DNA of 64,000 bases from Actinomycetota bacterium (GCA_947452765.1 CANGDR010000001.1:194657-258656), one strand, 5' to 3'; counted from the first letter of the stretch, positions 30,356-39,184 are shown. The notes: generated by a model from the sequence alone, not told the origin. Made by a program: numbers and translations.

Positions 30356-31539
30356 TTAACTCGCCAAGGTAGCGGCAGGATTCGCACCTTTGTTCCTGCG
30401 GGATTTTCACCTTCGCTTATTACCGCAAGTGCTTTTGCATTTGCCAGCCCGCGCAACATAGCCGAGCCTCGATATTCCGTTGGCACCGCAACCCCACCTT
30501 GGAATGCAATTGGGATAACTCGGGTTCGGTCGGCTGGAAAAGACTTTTCAAGTCCTACGGAAACAAGTTCAGGTAGCTCTTCATTCAATAGCCCGCGGAT
30601 AACTGGTGCAACCACCGTAAGGAAACTAACTAGGGCAGCAAGTGGATTACCAGGTAACCCTGCAACAAATTGCCCGGAAGGAAGTTTTGCCAAAATTGTC
30701 GGATGGCCTGGGCGCATGCGAATTTCATCAACAATATAGGTTGCACGCAAATTTACAAGCGCACTACGAAGATAGTCGTTGTCACCATGTGCGGTGCCAC
30801 CTGTTGTGATAATAATTTGGGATTGCGAATTCCTAATCGAGGACGTTAACTCAGACTCACTGTCCTTGCAGTTAATCGACGATGCAATTTCCGCCCCAAG
30901 ATATTGGGCCCAGGTACCAACTTGAATTGTTAGCGAGTCTCGAATTTTTCCTGGTCCAATTTCGCCAGAGGAAACTAGTTCATCACCGGTCACGATAACT
31001 GAAACGCTTGGCCGAATCTGAACCGAGACTTGATCAAATCCAGAACTTGCAGCTAAGCCGGCTGCAGCAGGGGTAACTAAGTTGCCCGCGGCGGCGATGA
31101 TTTCACCAGGCTCGGCCTCATCACCAGGTGGGCGAATGTGTTGGCCAGGGGTGAAGGAATTCTTACTTGCCACATCGCCTTCAAATAACGTTGCCATTTC
31201 TTGTGGAATTACAAAGGAGCAGTGTGGAGGTAGGTGAGCGCCAGTGCTGACTTTCAGGGCGCAACCTGCATCAAGGTAAGGCAAATAACTGCCAGCATGA
31301 AGTTCGCCAACGATCTTCCAGGGACCTGGACCGTAGACCGCGTAACCATCCATCATGGCGGTGTGTGCCGGAGGTAACGCAAGTTCGGCTATTAGATCTT
31401 GGCTGAGCACTCGGTTAATTGCTTCTGATAGTGGCAAAGTTTCAGACCCAACGCAGGCTGCGGCTTGGAAGCTCAATGAAACTGCTTCATCCCATTCCAC
31501 ATTATGGTGGTCCAGGCTGTGGTTTTCCCCTGCCGACAT
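30352..31539 (-). CDS. moeA: Molybdopterin molybdotransferase
   Basis: The 395 aa protein is MoeA-like (MDGYAV, TTGGTAHGDNDY). It converges on fdsD with a 4-nt overlap. Confidence 0.85.
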   Translation of the reverse strand: MSAGENHSLDHHNVEWDEAVSLSFQAAACVGSETLPLSEAINRVLSQDLIAELALPPAHTAMMDGYAVYGPGPWKIVGELHAGSYLPYLDAGCALKVSTGAHLPPHCSFVIPQEMATLFEGDVASKNSFTPGQHIRPPGDEAEPGEIIAAAGNLVTPAAAGLAASSGFDQVSVQIRPSVSVIVTGDELVSSGEIGPGKIRDSLTIQVGTWAQYLGAEIASSINCKDSESELTSSIRNSQSQIIITTGGTAHGDNDYLRSALVNLRATYIVDEIRMRPGHPTILAKLPSGQFVAGLPGNPLAALVSFLTVVAPVIRGLLNEELPELVSVGLEKSFPADRTRVIPIAFQGGVAVPTEYRGSAMLRGLANAKALAVISEGENPAGTKVRILPLPWRVN

Positions 31540-31578
31540 AGGAACAATCTATCGTTCACATGTCATGCTTATTACCTG

Positions 31579-32388
31579 ATGAATGCACCGGACTCGATAA
31601 TTGTTGCTGGCGGTAGTGCCAAGCGCCTTGGTGGTATTGATAAGCCAATGTTGCCATTAAGTGAGGCTGGCGAACCTCTGCTCGTTGGCGTAATTGATGC
31701 TTGCCCGGCACAAGTGATTGTTGTCGGTCCGAAGCGGAATATCCAAAGGAAAGTTACTTGGGTCGCGGATGAATCCGAAGCGGGTGGGCCAGCTGCTGGA
31801 ATTTGGTCGGGTTTGGCTCAAGTAAAAACTGAGTATGTTTTCATTTCGGCAGCGGACCAGAACTTGAATTCGGAGACTGTTACCCGGATCTGTGAAGCAG
31901 CAGTTGGTAACGATGGGGCATGGGCAATAAGGTCCGACGGAACTGGCCAGCCCTTATGCGCGTGTGTTAATACCGACTTACTTCGAAAATTATTGGCGCG
32001 GACGCAGGGAATAAATGATTCGCCGATTCGACTGTTATCGACACTGAACCTGGTCGGGGTTAGTGTGAATCCAGGGCAAGTAACTGATTTTGATACTTGG
32101 ACTGACATTGTCAAATTTGTTAAGGGGACAAATCATATGGATCAAGTAACACAGATGTGGCTAACTAGAGTTGGCGATCTATTAAATGTTGATCACAATG
32201 AAGTCCCAGTCGAGGCGCTACTGGATTTAACGCGAGATGTGGCGCACGGAGTAGAGCGTAAGTCTGCGCCACTCACAACTTTCCTACTTGGCTATGCTGC
32301 CGGCAAGAGTTCGCTAACTGAAACTGAATTAAAGTCTTTGATCCAACATGTTTCCAATGCCGTAGTGGAATGGGAAGCAGTTGAGTAA
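31579..32388 (+). CDS. mobA: Molybdenum cofactor guanylyltransferase fused to a DUF6457-like C-terminal domain
   Basis: The start is taken at ATG 31579 (MNAPDSIIVAGGSAKRLGGIDKP, the MobA NTP-transferase signature). The C-terminal ~90 aa is a separate small domain. Confidence 0.75.
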   Translation: MNAPDSIIVAGGSAKRLGGIDKPMLPLSEAGEPLLVGVIDACPAQVIVVGPKRNIQRKVTWVADESEAGGPAAGIWSGLAQVKTEYVFISAADQNLNSETVTRICEAAVGNDGAWAIRSDGTGQPLCACVNTDLLRKLLARTQGINDSPIRLLSTLNLVGVSVNPGQVTDFDTWTDIVKFVKGTNHMDQVTQMWLTRVGDLLNVDHNEVPVEALLDLTRDVAHGVERKSAPLTTFLLGYAAGKSSLTETELKSLIQHVSNAVVEWEAVE

Positions 32389-33211
32389 TCAAGAACCCGT
32401 TTCCGCAACAAAGCGGCTGAAGGTTTTCAAGACTGGTCCAGGTGTGATTAAGGATGACCAGGTCGTTGGCGAAGAGCCACTCGAAATCCGGGTTGATGGA
32501 GGCAACGGTTTGCAACAACTTGCAATAACCATGAGAACTCCTGGCGCCGATATCGAGCTCGGTGCGGGTTTTCTTTGGACTGAAGGTTTACTTCGAACCC
32601 GCGAGGATTTAATCGGTATTACGACTTGTAAAGATAAAGAGTTATCTCCGCGCGAACAAGAGAACGTAATTGTTGCCCGAGTAGTTCCAGATGCTCCAGC
32701 AATCACGCGCACGATGGAACGTAGGTTTACCATCTCGAGTGCATGCGGCATTTGCGGCTCAACTCAGATTGACGACTTGCGCCACCGTGGTTGCACCAAT
32801 GTCTCAGCGCCTGGCATAAGCGATGAGCAACTTGTTAATTTGCCCGACATCATGCGCGATAAACAAAAGATTTTTGATCGTACGGGTGGATTACATGCAG
32901 CAGGTTTATTCGACCGTGATGGGAAGTTAGTCGTAGTTCGCGAGGATGTGGGTCGCCACAATGCAGTCGACAAAGTAATTGGCTGGGCCTTGATGAATGA
33001 TCTGCTACCACTTGATGGTTATTCACTGGCGATTTCGGGTCGCGGTGGATTTGAAATTATCCAGAAAGCAGTAGCGGCCAGAATTTCAGCAGTTGTGGCT
33101 GTTTCCGCTCCAACTTCGCTAGCAGTTGAGACGGCGCGCGAATTCGGGCTGACGCTATTTGGTTTTGCCCGCAATGGCGAGGCTACTAAGTATTCACCGG
33201 AACCAAGCTGA
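32381..33211 (+). CDS. fdhD: Formate dehydrogenase accessory sulfurtransferase
   Basis: The 276 aa protein has the conserved SSACGICGS cysteine motif and GGLHAAG. It starts at TTG and overlaps mobA by 8 nt. Confidence 0.88.
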   Translation: MSNQEPVSATKRLKVFKTGPGVIKDDQVVGEEPLEIRVDGGNGLQQLAITMRTPGADIELGAGFLWTEGLLRTREDLIGITTCKDKELSPREQENVIVARVVPDAPAITRTMERRFTISSACGICGSTQIDDLRHRGCTNVSAPGISDEQLVNLPDIMRDKQKIFDRTGGLHAAGLFDRDGKLVVVREDVGRHNAVDKVIGWALMNDLLPLDGYSLAISGRGGFEIIQKAVAARISAVVAVSAPTSLAVETAREFGLTLFGFARNGEATKYSPEPS

Positions 33212-33235
33212 GCCTGTCAATAAAACTGTGCTTAT

Positions 33236-33270
33236 TAAAAAAGTCCAACCGTTTGGTTGGACTTTTTATT
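33236..33270. terminator. Bidirectional intrinsic terminator between fdhD and the tRNA-His locus
   Basis: The stem AAGTCCAACC / GGTTGGACTT has a GTTT loop. It is flanked by an A-run on the 5-prime side and a T-run on the 3-prime side. Confidence 0.65.
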
Positions 33271-33306
33271 GGGGTGAGTGACGGGACTTGAACCCGCGGC
33301 GTCCTG
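33268..33306 (-). repeat. 39-bp exact copy of the 3-prime half of tRNA-His (att-like direct repeat)
   Basis: ATTGGGGTGAGTGACGGGACTTGAACCCGCGGCGTCCTG at 33268-33306 is identical to 33342-33380. It covers part of the anticodon stem, the variable loop, the T arm, the acceptor 3-prime strand, CCA and 2 nt beyond. Confidence 0.85.
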
Positions 33307-33343
33307 CCACTTTCCGCTCGCAGGACGCGCGTGTTGTTCAAAT

Positions 33344-33420
33344 TGGGGTGAGTGACGGGACTTGAACCCGCGGCGTCCTGGACCACAACCAGGTGCTCTA
33401 CCAGCTGAGCTACACCCACC
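33344..33420 (-). tRNA. tRNA-His (anticodon GTG)
   Basis: Hand-folded cloverleaf: G-1 plus acceptor GTGGGTG/CACTCAC, D arm GCTC/GAGC and anticodon stem CCTGG/CCAGG with loop TTGTGGT. The T arm is GCGGG-TTCAAGT-CCCGT and CCA is encoded. Confidence 0.92.
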
Positions 33421-33483
33421 ATGTTTACTTGAAATTTCTTGCAAGTGAACGAATCCCATTCTATGGTTGGGAACGCTGATGGG

Positions 33484-34095
33484 CTAATTCGACTTATGGC
33501 GGGCTGCGATTTCCTTAGCCTGTTTTGACTCTGGTCCTGGCAAATCGACAAAGACTGCTTCTCGGTAGTACTTAAGTTCATTTATTGAATCCAAGATGTC
33601 ACCAAGTGCGCGGTGATTGCCAGTCTTAACTGGACTTGCAAAATAAACCTTCGGGTACCAACGGCGAACAATTTCTTTAATACTTGAGACATCAATGATT
33701 CGGTAATGAAGATAGGAATCAATGCGGGGCATATCTCGACTTAAGAAAATTCGGTCCACATGCACACTAGATCCCGCTAGGGGAGCCTTATTTGCTTCTT
33801 TTACGTGAGCAGAGATGTAATCGAAGAGTTGTTCTTCGGCAGCTTCGAGGGATAAGCCATTAGGAATTTCTGGAAGCAGTCCAGATTCGGTATGCATGTT
33901 TACTACGAATGGATCCATTTGTTCCAGACGGTCGGCTGGGGCAGTGATGACGATGTTCAGTCCTTCAGCAACTTCATTGAGCTCAGCATCAGTTATCACG
34001 CACGCGACTTCAACTAAAAGATCATTCTTGAAATCCAGACCCGTCATCTCGCAGTCGATCCATACGATTCGGTCTTGCCCGTTCGTTTCATCCAC
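33484..34095 (-). CDS. orn: Oligoribonuclease (DEDDh exonuclease)
   Basis: The 203 aa protein has WIDCEMTGL and HRALGDI motifs. Confidence 0.9.
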   Translation of the reverse strand: MDETNGQDRIVWIDCEMTGLDFKNDLLVEVACVITDAELNEVAEGLNIVITAPADRLEQMDPFVVNMHTESGLLPEIPNGLSLEAAEEQLFDYISAHVKEANKAPLAGSSVHVDRIFLSRDMPRIDSYLHYRIIDVSSIKEIVRRWYPKVYFASPVKTGNHRALGDILDSINELKYYREAVFVDLPGPESKQAKEIAARHKSN

Positions 34096-34359
34096 TAGAT
34101 AAGGCTAATCGTGAGCCTGCGATGGTCTACCCATGGGTACTTAGTGGAAGCTAGGGCAGCCACCGGAATCAAATTCCTAATTGACTAGCCCGTGCGTGTC
34201 GGTACAAATTATTTCTGGATTTTTGCCACGGATAAAGGCACTTTTTGAATTCGAAAAATTTGTTGTTAATTGCGTCCAAATGTTCTTGATGTACCCGCAA
34301 CAACGGAGTTTACTGACCACAAGGTCGTCGCGAGGCGACTTCATCTGGAGGAGCATTTT

Positions 34360-35745
34360 ATGTCCGAACAAAAAACCACTTATTCCCAAGATCTAGATCG
34401 AGCACTTTCGCTGCGCGAGAACATTTTGATCACGCTTTCGTCGGTCACGCCGGCATCAAGTTTGTTCATAATCGTTCCAGCACTAATTGCTGGTCTTGCG
34501 GGTGGCAGCGTATTAGCAATGGCGCTTGCAGGCTTGATCGGCATATTCGTTGGCCTTTGTTATGCCGAGCTTTCCTCTGCGTATCCAATCACTGGTGGCG
34601 AATACACCTGGGCGGCTCGATTGCTAGGCAAGACCACTGGCTTTGCAGTATTCATGTTGACCTTGGTTAGCGGTATTTTGATTATCGGTGTAATTGGTAG
34701 TGGTGTGGCCCCGTACCTCAGTGCGGTTTGGTCAGGCGCAGATTCCAAGTACACGATTCTGGTAGTAATTCTCATCACGACAGTTATCTCAGCACTTACG
34801 ATCACCACGAACGCTTGGGTAACCGGTGTTTGTTTAGCACTTGAAGTTTTGGCAGCAGCTGTTGTTGCTGTGTTGGGCTTCACACATATCGAGCGAGGTC
34901 CTGCAGTATTTGTGCAACCACAAGCGCTTGATGCCAATGGTGCACTGACTTCGGTTTCCTTGGCACTAGTTGTCAGCCAACTCGCACTGGCGCTGTTCGC
35001 TTACAACGGCTACGGCACTGCGGTCTACTACTCAGAAGAAACAAAGGGCGCTACCCGAAACATCGGCCGAGCAATCATGATCTCGCTAGGTGTGACAGTT
35101 GCCGTTGAACTGATTCCATTGATGGGTGTAATTCTTGGTACCAAGTCCCTAGAAGGACTAGTGGGTTCTGATGCACCACTCAATATGTTCCTGGTTGAAC
35201 GCGGTGGCGACACAGTTAACAAATTAGTCAGCCTTGGCGTTGCGATCGCAATCTTTAATGCGGTAATTGCGATTCAAATTCAAAATGCTCGACTGATCTA
35301 TAGCTCGGCGCGTGATAAGTCATGGCCCGATGCCATGGACAATGCCCTTGGAAGCATCAATGCCAAGACTAAGACACCGGTAATTGCAACTGTCGTCGTT
35401 GGTGTTCTAAGCGCACTTACGGCATTCTATGTTCCGTTCAATTGGCTACTAATTGCAACCGGTGCTGGTGTGGTATTCATCTATGCGGCGGTTGCTGTCG
35501 CAGCATTGTGCGTTCGTTCGCACGGACCTTCGCGTGATGGAATTTATCGGATGCCGCTGTTCCCAATCCCTCCTATTTTGGTACTCGGGTTTATGGCATA
35601 TGTGTTGTACCAAAACGTCACAACGGACGCCAAGCCAGTACTCGTTTCGGTTGTCACGATGGCGATTGGCGCGTTGTGGTACGCAGGGTTTATTCGTCCA
35701 TCGCGAGGCGCCCGGTGGACTTTGCCTGACCCGCATACTGATTAA
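34360..35745 (+). CDS. APC-superfamily amino acid/amine permease
   Basis: The protein is a ~12-TM hydrophobic permease. The start is taken at ATG 34360 behind a GGAGGA RBS; the ORF-track start is 34270. Confidence 0.85.
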   Translation: MSEQKTTYSQDLDRALSLRENILITLSSVTPASSLFIIVPALIAGLAGGSVLAMALAGLIGIFVGLCYAELSSAYPITGGEYTWAARLLGKTTGFAVFMLTLVSGILIIGVIGSGVAPYLSAVWSGADSKYTILVVILITTVISALTITTNAWVTGVCLALEVLAAAVVAVLGFTHIERGPAVFVQPQALDANGALTSVSLALVVSQLALALFAYNGYGTAVYYSEETKGATRNIGRAIMISLGVTVAVELIPLMGVILGTKSLEGLVGSDAPLNMFLVERGGDTVNKLVSLGVAIAIFNAVIAIQIQNARLIYSSARDKSWPDAMDNALGSINAKTKTPVIATVVVGVLSALTAFYVPFNWLLIATGAGVVFIYAAVAVAALCVRSHGPSRDGIYRMPLFPIPPILVLGFMAYVLYQNVTTDAKPVLVSVVTMAIGALWYAGFIRPSRGARWTLPDPHTD

Positions 35746-35756
35746 TCATCTATAAG

Positions 35757-35790
35757 AAACCCCCAGCTCCTGAGCTGGGGGTTTCTTATG
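35757..35790 (+). terminator. Intrinsic terminator after the permease gene
   Basis: The stem AAACCCCCAGCTC / GAGCTGGGGGTTT is followed by a T-rich tail. Confidence 0.7.
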
Positions 35791-35862
35791 TTCATTTGCA
35801 TTTATTCGGTACAAGTAGACTGATTTCAATCACTTCAGCAAGCAAGGATCGAAGGTGCAGCA

Positions 35863-37290
35863 ATGAATCCAGAAGAGTTTCGGGCGGCTGCGCATGAACT
35901 CGTGGACTGGATTGCCGATTACCGCCTTCGGGTAGACGACCTGCCGGTTAGGTCCCAAGTTAAGCCAGGCGAAGTACATTCGCAATTACAAACGCCACCA
36001 CCTGAAACACCACAAAGCTTTTCGGATTTGATGTCAGATTTAGAAAATGTGATCGTGCCGGGTCTGACCCATGTCCAAAGTGCAAATAACTTTGCTTGGT
36101 TCCCTGCCAATTCCTCACTTTCGTCGGTACTGGGAGATTTTGCATCCACCGGACTTGGCGCATTAGGTATTACTTGGCAGTCTGCTCCTGCTTTAACTGA
36201 AGTAGAGGAATTAGTAACCGAGTGGTTGCGCGAATTAACTGGATTAACACCAGAGTGGAAAGGTGCAATCCACGATGGCGCCTCAACCGCTGCATTAGTT
36301 GCATTGCTCATTGCTCGGGAAAAGGCAAGCAATTTGAGTTTGGCTGGAGCTGGCCTGCAAGGTGAGTCAGCCCCACTAATTGTTTATTCGTCGCCGCAAG
36401 CACACTCATCGGTAGCCAAGGCAACTTTACTTGCAGGTTTTGGTCAGTCGAATCTTCGAATGGTCGAAGTGGATGAAACCAATTTCAGCATGAAGCCTGC
36501 GGCGCTACGTGCTGAAATCGAAAAAGACATCGCGCTCGGTAATAAACCAGCTGCGATCGTCGTCGCCATTGGTACAACCGGAACTACTGCAATTGATCCG
36601 ATTAAGGAATCAGTTGCCCTTGGTAAGGAATTTGGCATTTGGGTTCACGTCGATGCAGCCATGGCTGGTTCGGCAATGCTGTTGCCAGAATGTGCGCCAA
36701 TGTTCGATGGCATCAATGAGGCAGATTCAATTAGCTGGAACCCGCACAAATGGCTTGGCACCTCGCTTGACTGCGCATTACTTTATGTTCGCGACACCGA
36801 ATTGATGATTCGGGTTTTATCGACGAATCCTTCCTACTTAAAGTCAGGCGTTGACGGTGAAGTTACGCAACTTAAGGATTGGGGACTTCCGCTTGGTCGA
36901 CGTTTTCGTGCTTTGAAACTTTGGTTCCACTTGCGGCTGGATGGAGCCGAAGCGATTCGTGGTCGCCTTCGCCGCGACTTGGCAAATGCGCAGTGGCTTG
37001 GCAAGCAAGTAACGGCTAGTGAAGATTGGGAATTAGTTGCTCCGGTCTCCCTACAAACGGTTTGCGTACGTCATGTGCCAAAGGCAATTGCAGGGGACTG
37101 GCAGGCAATTGACTTACACACTCAAAAATGGGCAGAAGCAGTAAATGCAACTGGCAAGGCTTTCATTACACCTTCGCTACTGCAAGGTCATTGGATGGTT
37201 CGAGTTTCCATCGGGGTACTAGGAACTGAACGCGAGCATGTTGCTAATGTCTGGAACTTAATGCAAGAAGCAGCGCAAATTTCGGATTGA
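35863..37290 (+). CDS. PLP-dependent group II (aromatic-L-amino-acid type) decarboxylase
   Basis: The 475 aa protein has the PLP-lysine motif SWNPHKWLG and family-typical N-terminal MNPEEFRAAAHELVDWIADY. Confidence 0.88.
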   Translation: MNPEEFRAAAHELVDWIADYRLRVDDLPVRSQVKPGEVHSQLQTPPPETPQSFSDLMSDLENVIVPGLTHVQSANNFAWFPANSSLSSVLGDFASTGLGALGITWQSAPALTEVEELVTEWLRELTGLTPEWKGAIHDGASTAALVALLIAREKASNLSLAGAGLQGESAPLIVYSSPQAHSSVAKATLLAGFGQSNLRMVEVDETNFSMKPAALRAEIEKDIALGNKPAAIVVAIGTTGTTAIDPIKESVALGKEFGIWVHVDAAMAGSAMLLPECAPMFDGINEADSISWNPHKWLGTSLDCALLYVRDTELMIRVLSTNPSYLKSGVDGEVTQLKDWGLPLGRRFRALKLWFHLRLDGAEAIRGRLRRDLANAQWLGKQVTASEDWELVAPVSLQTVCVRHVPKAIAGDWQAIDLHTQKWAEAVNATGKAFITPSLLQGHWMVRVSIGVLGTEREHVANVWNLMQEAAQISD

Positions 37291-37316
37291 CAGATGCGAG
37301 CATCTGGCTATGCACG

Positions 37317-37389
37317 TACGCCCGAGAGGACTCGAACCTCCAACCGACAGGGTAGAAACCTGGTGCTCTATCCATTGAGCTACGGGCGC
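37317..37389 (-). tRNA. tRNA-Arg (anticodon TCT)
   Basis: Hand-folded cloverleaf: acceptor GCGCCCG/CGGGCGT (terminal G-U pair), D arm GCTC/GAGC and anticodon loop TTTCTAC. The T arm is GGAGG-TTCGAGT-CCTCT and no CCA is encoded. Confidence 0.88.
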
Positions 37390-37483
37390 ATAATCCATTC
37401 AGGCTGGTGGGCCCAAACAGATCGTCTTGGTAATTCTATCTGTGGGAATTACGCCTGGTTTTGCTCACGTTAGACTCATCCAC

Positions 37484-39181
37484 ATGGCTGAATTCATTTA
37501 CACCCTTTCCAAAGCACGTAAGGCCCATGGCGACAAGGTCATCCTTGATGACGTAACCCTGTCTTTCTTGCCAGGCGCCAAGATCGGTGTGGTTGGCCCA
37601 AACGGTGCCGGTAAGTCCACGCTGCTCAAGATCATGTCGGGTGCAGAGAAAGTCTCAAATGGCGATGCCATGCTGTCGGCTGGTTACACCGTAGGAATGT
37701 TGGCCCAAGAGCCAGAGCTGGATGATTCCAAGACGGTACTTGAGAATGTGCAAGAAGGTGTCGCTGAAACTATGGCGATGCTGGCCCGCTTCAATGAAGT
37801 GTCGGCTCAAATGGCAGACCCAGATGCTGACTTCGATTCGTTAATGGCTGAAATGGGAACTCTGCAAGAAGCCATCGATCATAAGAATGCTTGGGATCTT
37901 GATAACCAACTTGAGCAAGCCATGGACGCACTTCGTTGTCCACCAAGTGATGCCGATGTCAGCGTGCTTTCCGGTGGTGAGCGTCGACGCGTTGCGCTTT
38001 GCAAACTTTTGTTACAACAGCCAGACCTACTACTTCTTGACGAACCAACTAACCACCTTGATGCCGAAAGTGTTAACTGGTTAGAACAGCACTTGGAAAA
38101 ATACCCCGGCACGGTTATTGCAATTACGCACGATAGGTATTTCCTGGACAATGTTGCTGAATGGATTTTGGAACTCGACCGCGGTCGCGCATATCCATAT
38201 GAAGGCAACTACTCGACTTACTTGGAAAAGAAGCAGGCTCGGCTAAAGGTTGAAGGCGCCAAAGATGCGAAGTTATCTCGCAGGCTGCAAGAAGAACTCG
38301 AATGGGTCCGTTCCAATGCCAAGGCACGCCAGACCAAGAGTCGCGCTCGTCTAGATCGTTACGAAGAAATGGCGATCGAAGCCGAGAAGACTCGCAAGAT
38401 GGACTTTGAAGAAATTCAAATTCCACCAGGTCCACGTCTAGGTAATGTCGTTATTGAAGCCGATCACCTTTCCAAAGGTTTCGGCGATCGGATTTTGATG
38501 GATGACCTGTCATTCACATTGCCTCGTAACGGAATCATCGGTGTTATCGGACCTAACGGCGTTGGTAAGACCACGCTGTTTCGTATGATCGTTGCCTCCG
38601 CGACCGGAGACACAACGGATGATTCAACTAAGCCAGATTCCGGAAACCTGCGTGTTGGCGAAACTGTAAAACTTTCCTACGTTGACCAGAGTCGCTCTGG
38701 CTTGGATCCAGCGAAAAATGTTTGGGAAGTCGTATCCGATGGCCTGGACTGGATCAAAGTTGGTTCAGTAGAAATGCCATCGCGCGCTTACATTGGTGCA
38801 TTTGGATTCAAGGGACCAGATCAACAAAAACCATCGGGCGTGCTATCTGGTGGTGAGCGGAACCGGTTGAACTTGGCACTTACCTTGAAGCAGGGCGGAA
38901 ACGTATTGCTTCTTGACGAACCAACTAACGACCTTGATGTGGAAACTTTGGGATCCCTAGAAAATGCACTGCTGGAATTCCCAGGTTGCGCTGTGATCAC
39001 ATCCCACGATCGCTGGTTCCTGGACCGGATTGCAACGCACATTTTGGCTTACGAAGGTGACTCACAGTGGTTCTGGTTCGAAGGTAACTTCGAGTCTTAC
39101 GAAAAGAACAAAATCGATCGCCTGGGCGCGGATGCAGCTCGGCCACATCGCGCCACTTACCGTAAGTTGACTCGCGGTTAA
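37484..39181 (+). CDS. ettA: Energy-dependent translational throttle ABC-F protein
   Basis: The start is taken at MAEFIYTLSKARKAHGDK (ATG 37484). Two ABC cassettes are present (GPNGAGKST/LSGGERRRV and GPNGVGKTT/LSGGERNRL). Confidence 0.92.
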   Translation: MAEFIYTLSKARKAHGDKVILDDVTLSFLPGAKIGVVGPNGAGKSTLLKIMSGAEKVSNGDAMLSAGYTVGMLAQEPELDDSKTVLENVQEGVAETMAMLARFNEVSAQMADPDADFDSLMAEMGTLQEAIDHKNAWDLDNQLEQAMDALRCPPSDADVSVLSGGERRRVALCKLLLQQPDLLLLDEPTNHLDAESVNWLEQHLEKYPGTVIAITHDRYFLDNVAEWILELDRGRAYPYEGNYSTYLEKKQARLKVEGAKDAKLSRRLQEELEWVRSNAKARQTKSRARLDRYEEMAIEAEKTRKMDFEEIQIPPGPRLGNVVIEADHLSKGFGDRILMDDLSFTLPRNGIIGVIGPNGVGKTTLFRMIVASATGDTTDDSTKPDSGNLRVGETVKLSYVDQSRSGLDPAKNVWEVVSDGLDWIKVGSVEMPSRAYIGAFGFKGPDQQKPSGVLSGGERNRLNLALTLKQGGNVLLLDEPTNDLDVETLGSLENALLEFPGCAVITSHDRWFLDRIATHILAYEGDSQWFWFEGNFESYEKNKIDRLGADAARPHRATYRKLTRG

Positions 39182-39184
39182 TTC

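Noticed and set aside
1-33211. Whole betaine/C1 supercluster as a mobile genomic island integrated at tRNA-His
   Set aside because: No integrase, transposase, conjugation gene or distal repeat lies within the window, and I see no obvious compositional break by eye. It is kept only as a low-probability remark under the tRNA-His finding.
33186-33581. 131 aa and 74 aa minus-strand ORFs across the tRNA-His locus
   Set aside because: They cover the tRNA-His gene, its duplicated 3-prime half and a terminator, and they overlap the 3-prime end of orn. They are artefacts of GC-rich RNA-gene sequence.
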